From Octopus bimaculoides (taxonomy: Eukaryota): a stretch of DNA of 38,773 bases. Shown here piece after piece: positions 1 through 12,679 of the stretch. Below the pieces are notes generated by a model. It searched no databases, was not told the origin of the DNA, and worked only from the letters and a program-made list of their open reading frames with translations. The DNA lies in contig NC_068993.1 in assembly GCF_001194135.2 (NCBI RefSeq), forward strand, positions 14,522,901-14,561,673, given 5' to 3'. Both the position numbers and the translations under genes were made by a program. Each line of letters opens with the position of its first letter. Position 1 is the first letter of the stretch.

Positions 1-845
1 ATATATATATGTGTGTGTGTGTGTGTATGTGTGTGTGTATGTGTGTGTGTGTGTATATACATATTTATACACACATACACACACATTTATATGTATACGA
101 GAAGTAGTAATTCGAAGCCAGCGGAAAATGGAACTCACTAGTTCATATTTGTATTTGAATTACTTTCAGCCTATTCTTCCATTTAAGCTCTTCAGGCATA
201 TTCCATCTTGTGCAGGCTGACATTCGTATATACATACATACATACATACATAATACATGCATGCATACATACATGCATGCATACATACATGCATACATAC
301 TAACATTCATATATATATGTACGCATATAAACATATATTTAGATATGTATATATTTATGTATATAAAGAGGATGTGCAAAATTGGGCGAAAAGTTATCAA
401 AGAATATCATCGCAACAGATCAGTTTTACCTTCAACTTCTGCATTTGATATGATTGAACAGCCTTCATAACTCTAGGTAGCTACAATGCAGAGAATGCGC
501 ACCGTGCATAGGAAAAGAACGCAGGAAATGTCGTCGCATTTAAAGTTTTACATTATGAACGCGTTTTCCATGAAAATAGATGACATCTATTACTTGAGAT
601 TATAAGCCACTCATATGAAAGATCTCAACCGATTCCTTTGCCGAGTAATGCAGGTAAAAGGGACCTTTGGCGTGTAAATGGGTTTATTGTTTCATTCTCC
701 TGTAAAGGAGGTACACAAACTGATTAAACACTTGTGTATTATATAAAAAAAGTGTTAATACCGGTTAGCTTTTCTGTTACATTGTTCTCTCTTTTTCTTT
801 TTCTTTTTCTTCTCTTCTCTCTCTCTCTCCTTCTCTCTGTATGCG

Positions 846-902
<57 letters not shown>

Positions 903-942
903 ACTTGGGAATGGTCATATTGCCGGTTTAGCCAATAAACAA

Positions 943-996
<54 letters not shown>

Positions 997-1258
997 ATGT
1001 ATATATACAGTATTTTATGCGTAGGTTAAGACGAAGTGCTCTCAGTATCATTAGCCCGGTGGGCATATTGTGTAGTGGAGGACTGACATGCATGTGCACA
1101 CACACAAACACACACACACACACATACACACACACATTCACACACTGGCACTCGCACACATGCAGTTTCCTTATGCCCAATACATATATCACGAATAGAA
1201 GAATTACCAAATTTTTGGGGCTAGCTCTAATTCTTCTTTTCTCCCACTCATGCCACCG

Positions 1259-1323
<65 letters not shown>

Positions 1324-1489
1324 CACACACTATCTCTCTTTCTCTTTCTCTTGCTCTTTGTCGTTCTCACACATACCCACAACTAATACTCCTAAGCATA
1401 TACACCCAAACAGTACCGCTCCTTAAAGCTACAAAATACGGACAGTGTATGTTGGTACTACCGAATCTGAGTACGAACACTGTACATAC

Positions 1490-1570
<81 letters not shown>

Positions 1571-1573
<3 letters not shown>

Positions 1574-1800
1574 GGTTTGTACAAAATAATGGAAACACCT
1601 TAGAGTTTCAAAGAAATTAATTTTAATATGGGGTAGGACCGTCAAGACTATTTTAGCATTTCATCTGATCAAATTCATCCTATTTTTGCGTAACTGCTTC
1701 CGGACGGATACGCAATCTTAGGATGATAATGCACTAATACACACAGCGAAAGTGGTTACTGAATGGCACGAGGAGCAGTCTAGTGAGGTTGAACATCCAG
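1571..1800. mobile_element. Tc1-like (DD34E-type) DNA transposon relic: terminal inverted repeat plus transposase fragments
   Basis: TA then CAGGGTTTGTACAAAATAATGGAAACA at 1571, a Tc1-type terminus. The - strand of 1623-1640 reads GPTPY*, a typical Tc1 C-terminus. The + strand of 1643-1800 reads QDYFSISSDQIHPIFA*LLPDGYAI/DDNALIHTAKVVTEWHEEQSSEVEH, a frameshifted QDDNAP catalytic region. Confidence 0.8.
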
Positions 1801-1835
1801 CATGGCCGCAGTCAAATGACTGAAACAAGCGAATG
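1797..1835 (+). mobile_element. 3' tail fragment of SINE family B
   Basis: CCAGCATGGCCGCAGTCAAATGACTGAAACAAG is nearly identical to the tail of the copy at 14958-14990. Confidence 0.8.
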
Positions 1836-2195
1836 ATTAAAGAGTGTATCTCAGTATGTGAGCAATTTTCACTTCTCCCCTGCTCCTCTCACTTTTCTTA
1901 TTTTTTTCATTAGGAACCTTTTTTTAAATTAATTTTGTATTAGTTGTTTTCTAATATTTTACTTCTTCATAACTTTCATACTCAACTTTTCCTGTCTAGA
2001 CACTGTTGTTTACAGCCTTCTTGAGAAACCAGTCTCATAGTGACGGTATCAGATGGACAGTAAGACCGCGTACTATGTCTGCTCTCATTTTCTTTTCATG
2101 TTGTTTTTGTCGCGACCGTTTTTTTTTTCTTGTCACTTCCTTCTTCATCTCCGTACATTTTGATATGTTTGTGTGTGTNNNNNNNNNNGTGTGTC

Positions 2196-2560
2196 TATTC
2201 TTTTATTCTTTTAGTTCTTTAAGTCATTTGAGACTACGGATATGTTGGAGCACCGCTTTTAGTCGAACGAATCAAATCCCAGGACTTATTTTTTGTAATC
2301 CTACTGCTTATTCTATCTGTTTCTTTTGCCGAACCGCTAAATTTCAGGCACGTAAACACACCAATATCAGTTGCCAAACGATAGTGGTGGTACAAACACA
2401 GACATATAAATACATGCATACACACATATACATACAAGGCTTTGGTCGGCCCGGGGCTATTGTAGAAGACAGTTGCCCAAGGTGCCATGCAGTGGGACTG
2501 AATCCGCGGAACCATGTGATTGAAAAGTAAGCTCCTTACCTCACAGCCACTCTGGCACCT
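2196..2560 (-). mobile_element. tRNA-derived SINE family B (CORE-like, OR2-like), near full length
   Basis: The reverse complement aligns with the 14542-15006 copy: tRNA-like head, TTGGGCAA CORE-like motif, short internal microsatellite and CCAGCAT..GTC..ATGACT tail. Confidence 0.85.
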
Positions 2561-2730
2561 ATAGACTACCAACGAGCATAAAACGAATTTACATAAACCA
2601 CCAACGAGTGTACATTCAATATCGACATTGCTGTAGAAAACATTTGTGATGAACTGCACTCTCTCATCTCGTCTTACAGAAATATTCTTTCATTCCATAT
2701 TTCACCACACTTTTATCTTTCATTGTTTAT

Positions 2731-3196
2731 GCTTTACTTGTTTTGGTAGTTAGATTCCGGCCATGCTGGGGCACCGCCTTGACGAATGTAGACGGATTAG
2801 TCGACCCCAAAACCTATTTTCATCTTTGGACTGGTACTTATCCTATCGGTACCTTTTGTTTAACCCGATAAGTTATGCGGACGTACACACACCAACAGCG
2901 GGTGTCAATTAATGGTAGAGGTCAGACACAGACGCACGCACAAACAAACACACACGCACGCACAAACAAACACACACGCACGCACACACACACACACGCA
3001 CGCGTGCGCGCGCTCTCACACACACANNNNNNNNNNNNNNNNNNNNNNNNNNNNNNNNNNNNNNNNNNNNNNNNNNNNNNNNNNNNNNNNNNNNNNNNNN
3101 NNNNNNNNNNNNNNNNNNNNNNNNNNNNNNNNNNNNNNNNNNNNNNNNNNNNNNNNNNNNNNNNNNNNNNNNNNNNNNNNNNNNNNNNNNNNNNNN

Positions 3197-3229
<33 letters not shown>

Positions 3230-3410
3230 TATATACAACGGATTTCTTTGAATTTTCATCTACCAAATCCACTCAGACATTTTGGGTTGGCCCGAGGCTA
3301 CAGTAGAAGACAATTGCCGAAGGTAACACACAGTGGGAGCGAATCCGGAACCGTATTGTCCATCGGAAGTAAACTTCTTACCGCTAAAAGAATTTGTTTC
3401 CCCATGCCCG
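2731..3410 (-). mobile_element. SINE family B, older copy split by an expanded (CA)/(TA) tract and an N gap
   Basis: The 3' half lies at 2731-2935 (GGCCATGCTGGGGCACCGCCTTG) and the 5' half at 3236-3410 (CTACCAAATCCACTC...GGCCCGAGGCTA...CAGTGGGA), collinear with the other copies. Confidence 0.75.
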
Positions 3411-4659
3411 TACTGCTATACATCTAAGTCTGCAGATGTCTGTGAAATGTATTGCAGTAATCAACGCACAAAATTTGAGGAGATTTTAATTACCATCTTA
3501 TAATAGCGACTTTCTTGCGAAACTTCGTTAGACGATTGCTCCGGAAAGTAATTTTAAATTATAACAGTTATATAAGCGAATAATAAAGAGTAAACATCAT
3601 TACACCGGTACGTTATTGCTGGTGAGATTGGGCTGTTTGTATCTAAGTAGCTTTCTGTTGTTTCTAAAATTATAGCCTAGAGTATTTTCCAAGTTCCCTC
3701 TTAATTCAAGTAATCAAATTTAGCACTGACCATTCAGGCCCTATCTTAAAAGTGGCATTGTGCAAAATGTCCGCCCTGGGTGAACATCTCAACGGTTTCA
3801 TGCGTATTTTGAATGACTAAAAATGTCAGATTAGTAGACATGCCAACAACAATTCGTAAACAAACATACATGATACTGGGTTTATTGGGTGCGTTGCTTT
3901 CACTTGTAAATATAAACGTATGTCGGGATGTATTCATATATAGGCGTGTATGTAATTAAACACATTCATGCGTCTATACACATGCACACATATATAGATA
4001 TACAGAGAGAGAGACAGACAGACAGATAGACAGCCAGACAGCCAGACAGGGAGAAATGGCGAAAGAGTTACATAGATAGATATGTACATACATATATATT
4101 AAACTATTTAGATATTAGGTCTTGAACTTTGCTATAAGACTGTATATATATANNNNNNNNNNNNNNNNNNNNNNNNNNNNNNNNNNNNNNNNNNNNNNNN
4201 NNNNNNNNNNNNNNNNNNNNNNNNNNNNNNNNNNNNNNNNNNNNNNTATATATTAGCCGAGTTTTCAGTGCAGTTTTGTCATTATCTTCTCTCTCTTAAT
4301 GATTAATTTATTAAAACGGGCATTTATTTATTAAATATTAACACATTGTACGGCCCGTGTTTAGCAAAGTCAAACGTAGGTAGGATGTGGTTTTGACGAC
4401 CACCAATTTAAAATCTCTTTGAACCTTCTATTGGAAGTTAAAGGAAAAAGCATTCACTGACTATGCCCGTGATTTGAAAATCATAAGAGTGACAATTCAT
4501 TTTAGACACAAGTCATGTCTGATTGATCGTATCTGTTATGAAATTCATCACTTACCAAATTCATTTGAAGCTTTAAACCATCTCCTTTTATTATATCATT
4601 GAATAATTCTGATTTATGTACTTTGAATCCTATTTTCTAATTTGAGGTCGATTTGACAG

Positions 4660-4713
4660 CTTTTTGTACCAAGTTGAGCGTCAGCAGGAAGACTGCACAG
4701 TTGGCTGCTGATG
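4660..4713 (+). other. Candidate 54-nt internal exon (unverified)
   Basis: Acceptor TTTGACAG and strong donor ATG|GTGAGT. One frame is open as a symmetric phase-1 exon, (x)FCTKLSVSRKTAQLAAD. No recognisable homology. Confidence 0.2.
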
Positions 4714-5460
4714 GTGAGTGGAGAATATATTTCATTGGAAACATATAAGAAAATATGCAAGTGATAAAAGTGTTTCTTTCTCATTTGAATCGATTTGGAT
4801 GTAGATGCGTAAGTGTAAAGAATATCTAAATATTACTGTAAATAAAAGGGTGAAAGAGAACATAATAACGGACACAGTCAACATCCATGAACAAGGTTGC
4901 AAAAGCAACGAAAATTTTAGAAGCAAAACTATAAATATTAAATGAGTGGAAATCGAACCGGTGAGTGTGTTAGATATTAAGGCACTAAGACGATATGTTT
5001 CTTCCCAGACAAAACAAAGGTGTTATGCTGAAATTTGACAAACGACTTCGGCGTACGTAATATGATATCAGGAATTCGTTGCAAATAATGTTGATCACAG
5101 AAATGATGTATGAATATTAATTGGGTGGTTGCACATATTATCTATAGCTATTCTGTAAGATGACGTGTGCGAATATGATATTTTACCTAATTCCTGTTAC
5201 TGCTTATAAGATATAAAAAAATCGTGAATTAAATAATTAGGAATATTTTGAGAATACATGTAAGATTAACGTGGATAGCGAAGGTGTTCGATAATATCTT
5301 TCATATATTAGCGAAGACAGAATGTCCGTGTATTTTTTTTTTTCTGAAAATTGCTGAATATTGCAGTCATTTTCCTATTTCTGAAGAATTTTTTATACAA
5401 AAATCATGTTTGACATTTATATCTAAGAGAATCATCTTTATATTTATATGTTACTAAATG

Positions 5461-5900
<440 letters not shown>

Positions 5901-8444
5901 TTCTGCGGCGACGGCGGCTGCTGCAACAAGAAAAAGGCGTATGACGATGACATGTCGAAGGAGTAAAATAATGACAAAAGGAAACGAAATAAAAGAGGGA
6001 AAAAATAAGTCGGAAGCAACAATAATGTGTGTATATACGTGTATTTGTGAGTGTGTTTATGGAGGGGATGTTGCGTGTGTGTGTTTATGTGTGAGTGTGA
6101 GCAACATGAAACTGAGAAAGGAAAATAACAGGACGTTACTGATAAGAAAATAGCTTGATTATTGACAAATTTTAGACACTTTCTTATTCTGGCTGCCAAG
6201 GAGAAGTTAGTGTAGGCGCTGAATAAACGCAACCGCTTAGAAAATAAATACTATCAATCGGGAATGCTCTTCAATATAATTGCAATTCATCGTTTGGTTC
6301 CGATTGACTGAATATAAACAGGCACAATGATGATGATGTGTGCGGTGGCTTAAGTTTTACTCTAAACATACAATTGATTCAGGTAGCGGCAAAAGCGACG
6401 AGTGTCTAGGCCGTAGCGCGTGAAAAATAACATCGTTATCGTCTGAGTGTCTCGATTAAATAAACATGGACAGAGCTGTTGTAGTAACATAAACAGAAAG
6501 ACTATATTGTTTATTATGTTCCTTTATTGTACTTGTTGATTCTTGTGTACGTATGTACTACAACTACCACCGATGAAGATAGCACTACCACCAGAACTAA
6601 CAACAACCACGACAACTTTCGTTTAATTGAGTGATATTGAAAGTCTGTAGACGCCATTAGCATTGGGGAGAGAAAGAAAATATAAGGATGTAAAATGTAA
6701 TGCAAAGAATGAAACAGAATAGCCGAAAGTGAAAATGAAACGAGATCAGTCCAAATCCTACGTCGTTCATATGCATTATGGGATAGAATGACTATGACTT
6801 TCAATTGGTTGTTGTATGTTTTGCTTTTCGTTTATGTTTTCTTTGTAAATTTTTATTTTTATTTTTATTTTGCTTGTTTTTGCTTCACTAACGACTGCAA
6901 ACATAACATAAACGTGACAAAGAAAACAATCGAAAACTGTAAATATGCACATAATATTGATAGAGTAAGTAATAAAACGAAACACGTTGCAAACAGGAAT
7001 ATAATACATCTACAATACGCACACATATATGCATACACTTTCACATCCACAGACACACAGACATACACACACGTACACACACACACACACATATATACGC
7101 ATACATACACTTATATACATATATATATATATATATATATAGACACATATATATACATGCATATGCATACACACGCACACAAACACACACACATACATGT
7201 GTATATATATATATATGTATATATATGTATGTATGTATGTATGTATATATATATATTTACGTTCGAAAATATTTAGAGATAGACACTTGCATGTATTCGT
7301 ACATTTATTTTGTTATGTCTGTATTATTAACTATTTGTACTTTATTACACACTTCTACACATACATAGCATTGGAAAAGTTTGGTACTAAACAGATACAG
7401 GATGGTATATGTTATTGAAACATATATATATATATAAATAAATGAACGCCGGGATTATTCGGAAGTCAGTAATATACATTTCTGTGTTCTGTCACGTTTT
7501 AAGACGTTTCGAAATAACCTATTTTCGAGGCATGCAATTATAATCTAATTATGTGTGTAAGAACGATTCTCGGAGGCCCTCTCCCTGGTCACTTAACCTA
7601 TTAGATATAGCAAATAAATTTCTTCAAAAATATAACTTTCACCTTGAAGCTGGAGTGTAATACTGATTTAATAACGTTCTAGAAATAATGCGTATGAGCA
7701 AATGAGTCAGGAGTATCACAACTTAATGCTTTTGTCCATAGATTCACAAGATGAGAGCTGATCTAGTGATAAGAAACAAGAACGTTCGTGCATTGTTTAG
7801 TAATATAATAGAATATATAGGTGAAATTATACTTTTTAAAAATGATAATGACATGACAATATCATTCAAATATTAAGAGGACAACATTATATATGTTCCA
7901 AGAAAATATAGCGTATATTTTATAATGAATTAGCATTATTCTATTTACTTTTCCTCCTTTTAAGTATTTGGGGGGCACATTTGTGCTTGTTCCAACAAGA
8001 GAATAATTTTTACAATCATTTGGGAAAGCGTAAGGAGAAGAGAAGGATTAATGTAATTTAATACGCAAAGATTTTCACACAAATGTACTATTATGGTTGT
8101 AATATTCATGTTCGACCGCTGTACTCTTCCAACTTTTTCAGGTTTCCCTTGTATTCAGTAACATTCGAGGAAATTGGAATCGAATTTTGTATTAAATCCA
8201 TTAAAGTACTCCTTTAGTTCGTGAAACTGCTCGAAATGTAAGCACCGCTTGTTTTCAACATCGAATGCATACTCGTTTGAATGTGTTCAAATATCATTTC
8301 TTTTCATCCTATCAGGATCAAAAAGAAAGCATCAGTTGAATGTGATGAATAGGCGAAATTGTAAGAAAAGCAGGCTTCTTGTTTTTCGGAATCTCTTCCG
8401 GCTCTTATCATTCTGAGTTCAAATCTCGTCAAGGGTTTAATTGG

Positions 8445-8614
8445 ATTGTAGCCCTAATTATTTGCTCCATGTAACCGCTCTACCTTAGCCATTGGTTTCC
8501 TTTAGTAGACTCCACTCTGATGCAATCTTTCGAGTCAGTCTACCTCCACGGATTCTTCTCTTATTCTCTCCTACGGGAAAAGACATAGCATTGCAATTCA
8601 TTATGTCCAAAATA
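8445..8614 (-). mobile_element. Possible degenerate RTE-type LINE ORF C-terminus
   Basis: The - strand reads YFGH, then in another frame GENKRRIRGGRLTRK...GRAVTWSK, resembling the RTE C-terminal YFGH..G.RRRGR..RW..DR..WR pattern. Stops and frameshifts are present. Confidence 0.35.
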
Positions 8615-8654
8615 TTGGATCCACATTTTGACTCAAGTTGGGCAAGTTCGGACG

Positions 8655-8830
8655 AGGAGTATAATCGATTATATCGATCTCAGGCTTCAACTAGTTCTTA
8701 TTTTATCAACCCCGAAAGAATGAAAGCAAAACTCATCCTGGTCGAAATTTTAACTGAGAAGATAAAGACGGTTGAAATGCTACTAAGCATTCTGTCTAGT
8801 GAGGTAACCATTCTGTCATCTTGCCACCTT
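8655..8830 (-). mobile_element. tRNA-derived SINE family A, diverged copy
   Basis: TTTTATCAACCCCGAAAGAATGAAAGCAAA...GAAAT..TAAGCATT..TTGCCACCTT is collinear with the other family A copies. Confidence 0.75.
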
Positions 8831-10803
8831 TCATGACCAAAATATCAAAGAAGAAATAAACCGTGTGATTGAAGCGAAACGAAAAGGTGACATCACACAG
8901 AAATGACAAAATGATCTACTTCCTAGGAATAACTAAAGAATTATCCATATACTCTGTAGTAAGTTAGTGAAAAGTTAGCTCCTTTCTATTGAAGTTGAGT
9001 TCGAAATCATATATTTATTCGTCTTACTTTCGTTTTTATAATATATATGTATATATATATATATATCGCTGAGTAAATAAACAGTTTGTTTAATTCACAG
9101 ATCTGTCTCTACAGTACAAATCTAAAAACCGCATCAACTAGTTTTTCAGTGTAATTTAAATAGCGAGATTGACTACAAGCATATTAAATGTACTCGTGTA
9201 AACATATTTAAAATTCAATCGCACACACATGCTGTTTCAGCTATTAAGTTCATTAATACGCGTCGCCAATGTACGCACTGATATGTAAATGTTGAGAATC
9301 GATATTGACACAAAAATAGTGTTGAAATATTTTATCTAATTCTCGGTATATATAATGTTTAGATATAATATGAATGGAAGCATATGTGATCATCTCTGTA
9401 AACGTTTCTTTATAAGCAAACATGTGATTCACCTATATTCCCATTTAATTATTTGTCAATTTATCTTCACGTAAAAGCTGTCGTGGAATATTTTATTTAA
9501 TTACGAGTTTCAGTAAGTGTTTTATAATAGCATATGTTTATATTATAATGTATAGGATAGTATGACGAGATGTATCTATATATGTAATACCGTCGATGCG
9601 ACCACATACTCATATTGTTGTGAATATATGGTAATATGAAGATTTTTCTGGGTGTAAAAATGAGTTTCTATAAAATAATTTTGATATATCGACTAGAAGC
9701 AATCTACGAAGCGTTGAATGGAATAGAGTAGTATACAACCATATTTGACATGATTGTGTACACTTGCACGTTGTGTGTCATACGCTGGGGAAAATGTCTC
9801 GTTAGAAATAATTCTCCTTTTGATAATGTATGTGAACGACCCAAGCTTCTTCTCTTAATTAAATCATCTGACATTTTCACGCATGCTTTTCTAAAACATT
9901 TTTTCTTTCGAAAAAATAATTTCATGCAGAAGAAATCTTTCGATATCCAAGTGTACATGAACCTGTTATATTTATAGTTAGCATGCTTGGTCACTTGAAA
10001 TTTATTCTTGATTATGGTCACTTGAAATTTATTCTTTTATTATTATGAATTATATGAAGGCATGCATCTATGTAGGCATTTACTTTATTTTATATCCTTA
10101 TATATAAGGAACAGGTTAGCATTGACTAAATACGATGACTGTTCCAACAGGTGCATGATATATTAGTCTTTAGTTAAAGCATACATAGATGCATAACTAA
10201 TTATACGTACACAACGGTTTGTATAGACATAAATTTAAAATACAAGTATAAACAATATAATCACTGGTTAATATATTTTGATAAACGCCATCTTGAAATA
10301 TTTGAGCAAACCCGAATTCAAACTCTGGTATATTTATAATACTTATAATATATATAAATATATAAGTAACTATACTTTTAGAGTAGAAACATTGCATATG
10401 TGAGATTCAACTGCTTGTTCCTTTGACAATTTGTGACTTTATATTAACGCTAAAGTAGATTGGAATTATTTTCATCTGATTTTATTCATTCTATTTCGTG
10501 TGTACGCATGGAATTAGTGCTAAATTAATCATATATTAGATTAGAACTGCGAATCCATTTAACTGTTTGTGAGTCTATGCAAAGGGTAAAACTGCTTGGA
10601 ATATTTTATATTTAAGATCAAATATTTGTAGTAAGGATTAGACAAGATATATATATATATAAACAGATAGATACGCATGTGAATGTATATGTTTGTTGAT
10701 TAAGGTATGTGTAACGAGATAGGACGAACATATACATGTATGTGCGTGAATTAGTGTACAGCATTTATATATTTATATTCACGTATTATCTATATACATT
10801 TAA

Positions 10804-10849
<46 letters not shown>

Positions 10850-10881
10850 ACACATATATGTATATATATATATATATATAT

Positions 10882-11018
10882 ATTAGATCGACCTCAGTAC
10901 GCTTAATTTATCGACCCCGAAAGTATGAAAGGAAAAGTCGACCTCCGCGGAATTTGAACTCAGAATGCAAAGAGAGACGAAATACCGGCGTGCTAACGCT
11001 TCAGCCAGCTCACCGCCT
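10882..11018 (-). mobile_element. SINE family A, 3'-truncated copy
   Basis: ATTAGATCGACCTCAGTACGC..TTTATCGACCCCGAAAG..GTCGACCTCCGCGGAATTTGAACTCAGAA..CCAGCTCACCGCC; the B-box-like GAGTTCAAATTC reads on the - strand. Confidence 0.9.
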
Positions 11019-11030
11019 TTCAAATACAAA

Positions 11031-11228
11031 AATATTCTTTACTTCTCTGGGCACAAGGCCCGAAATTTGTGGGAAGAGGGCCAGTCGATTAGATCAATCC
11101 CACTACGCAACAAAAGGATGAAAAGTAAAGTCGACCTCGGCGGAATTTGAACTCATATCGTAAAGACAGACGAAATACCGCTAAGCATTACGCCCGGCGT
11201 CCTAAAGTTTCTGCCAGCTCACCGCCTT
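11031..11228 (-). mobile_element. SINE family A, tandem second copy
   Basis: GGCACAAGGCCCGAAATTT..GTCGACCTCGGCGGAATTTGAACTC..CTGCCAGCTCACCGCC. Confidence 0.9.
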
Positions 11229-12371
11229 TCAATTATAGAAATATTACCAATCAGTCACATCATAGCTTACCTCAACTTCATTCGAAACTCAAAAAAAAAA
11301 AAAAAAAAATGACTTCCTTAAACTCCGACATGGACTGCACATGTGCAACTCAGACACATACATGTAACGAATACAATGCAATCTGTTTTACGCTAAGATA
11401 TTTTGCTAGAATTATGTGCCTGCTTTAGTAAATGTAAACAAATACTTTTCTCGAGATTAGGCATAATTATGTAAATTAGAAAATAAGAGCAGCACTGAAA
11501 AAAAAACAAATGCGATAGAAATTAAAAGCAATTCAAGCAATTAGGTAAGCCAATTCCTTGGGAAAAGAAATTGTGATATTAATGTCGGATTTAGGCTATG
11601 ATATGCCCCGAAACATTAATATAACAGAATATATGTAATATATGTAATAGTGTGAATGTAACACCTAATTGGTGTAATTTGATTTTCATATTGTAATCTA
11701 AACTTTTTCCCTTCCTGTGAAATCGTATATAACATGATAACTAATGTATATTTCAAGATGTTGTAAAGCAAAACTGAGAAAAGTGTGATATACATTACAT
11801 TGTTTAAACCAAGTACTAAACCGAAGGAGATTCCTTTTACTAAATCTCCATTAAATTATCTTGGTATTTCAACAGGTAAATTATATCATATTAATGAAAT
11901 ATTAATATCGCCTAGTTGGCGCATTTACGCTATATGTTTGGTACTTATATGCAACGGAAATATAATGTTCATCACTAAAGATGCAGTATTTAATTATCTA
12001 CATGCTACGGTGTATGTTGTTGAAACGCGTATATGTAACATTGTGAAGTCACACACAAGCACCACACACACACACAAACACACACACATTATTATATGCG
12101 TGTGTGTATATACGTGTTTTTGTCTCTATGCGTTTGTATGGATTGATGTATATATATGCTTTTTATATATCTATATATGTCGATATATGGATATACGTGT
12201 CAGCATCAACAGTAGTATTTCCATCATGAACGCAGTAGATCAAAGTTATTATCATTATCAGTCTTCATTTCCCTCATCACCATCCTCATCATCATCATTA
12301 CCACCACGACCAATACCACGACCACCATCACCATCATAAACCAAAATTATTCATATATATATATATATATA

Positions 12372-12424
<53 letters not shown>

Positions 12425-12679
12425 GTTTGTATATGTATGTATGTATATGTATAAATATACACGTGTATTTGAGTGCGTGGAGGGGTGTTGACTATAGTCT
12501 TAGCAACGGTATACAGTTAATCCTTCTATAAAAATTGACACGAGTACGCAATACTACAGAAAATTACATATTATTATTTAACACAGACACATATCATAAT
12601 GAATAACATGCATTTTACATACAAACCTCACTCTGATATCAAGCAATTTATCGGCTTCGTAATTATTATTATGCTCAAC

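Noticed and set aside
171-220. IPSCAG after a TTTCAG acceptor, resembling the start of a LIM domain
   Set aside because: A stop follows immediately, there is no second Cys and no donor site.
7566-7630. CCCTGGTCACTTAACCT..TAGATATAGCA resembling an octopus dispersed repeat
   Set aside because: Short, based on recall only, and no second copy in the window.
10401-10412. 12-nt match to the recalled 5' end of miR-1175-3p (TGAGATTCAACT)
   Set aside because: The rest of the mature sequence does not match and no precursor hairpin is evident.
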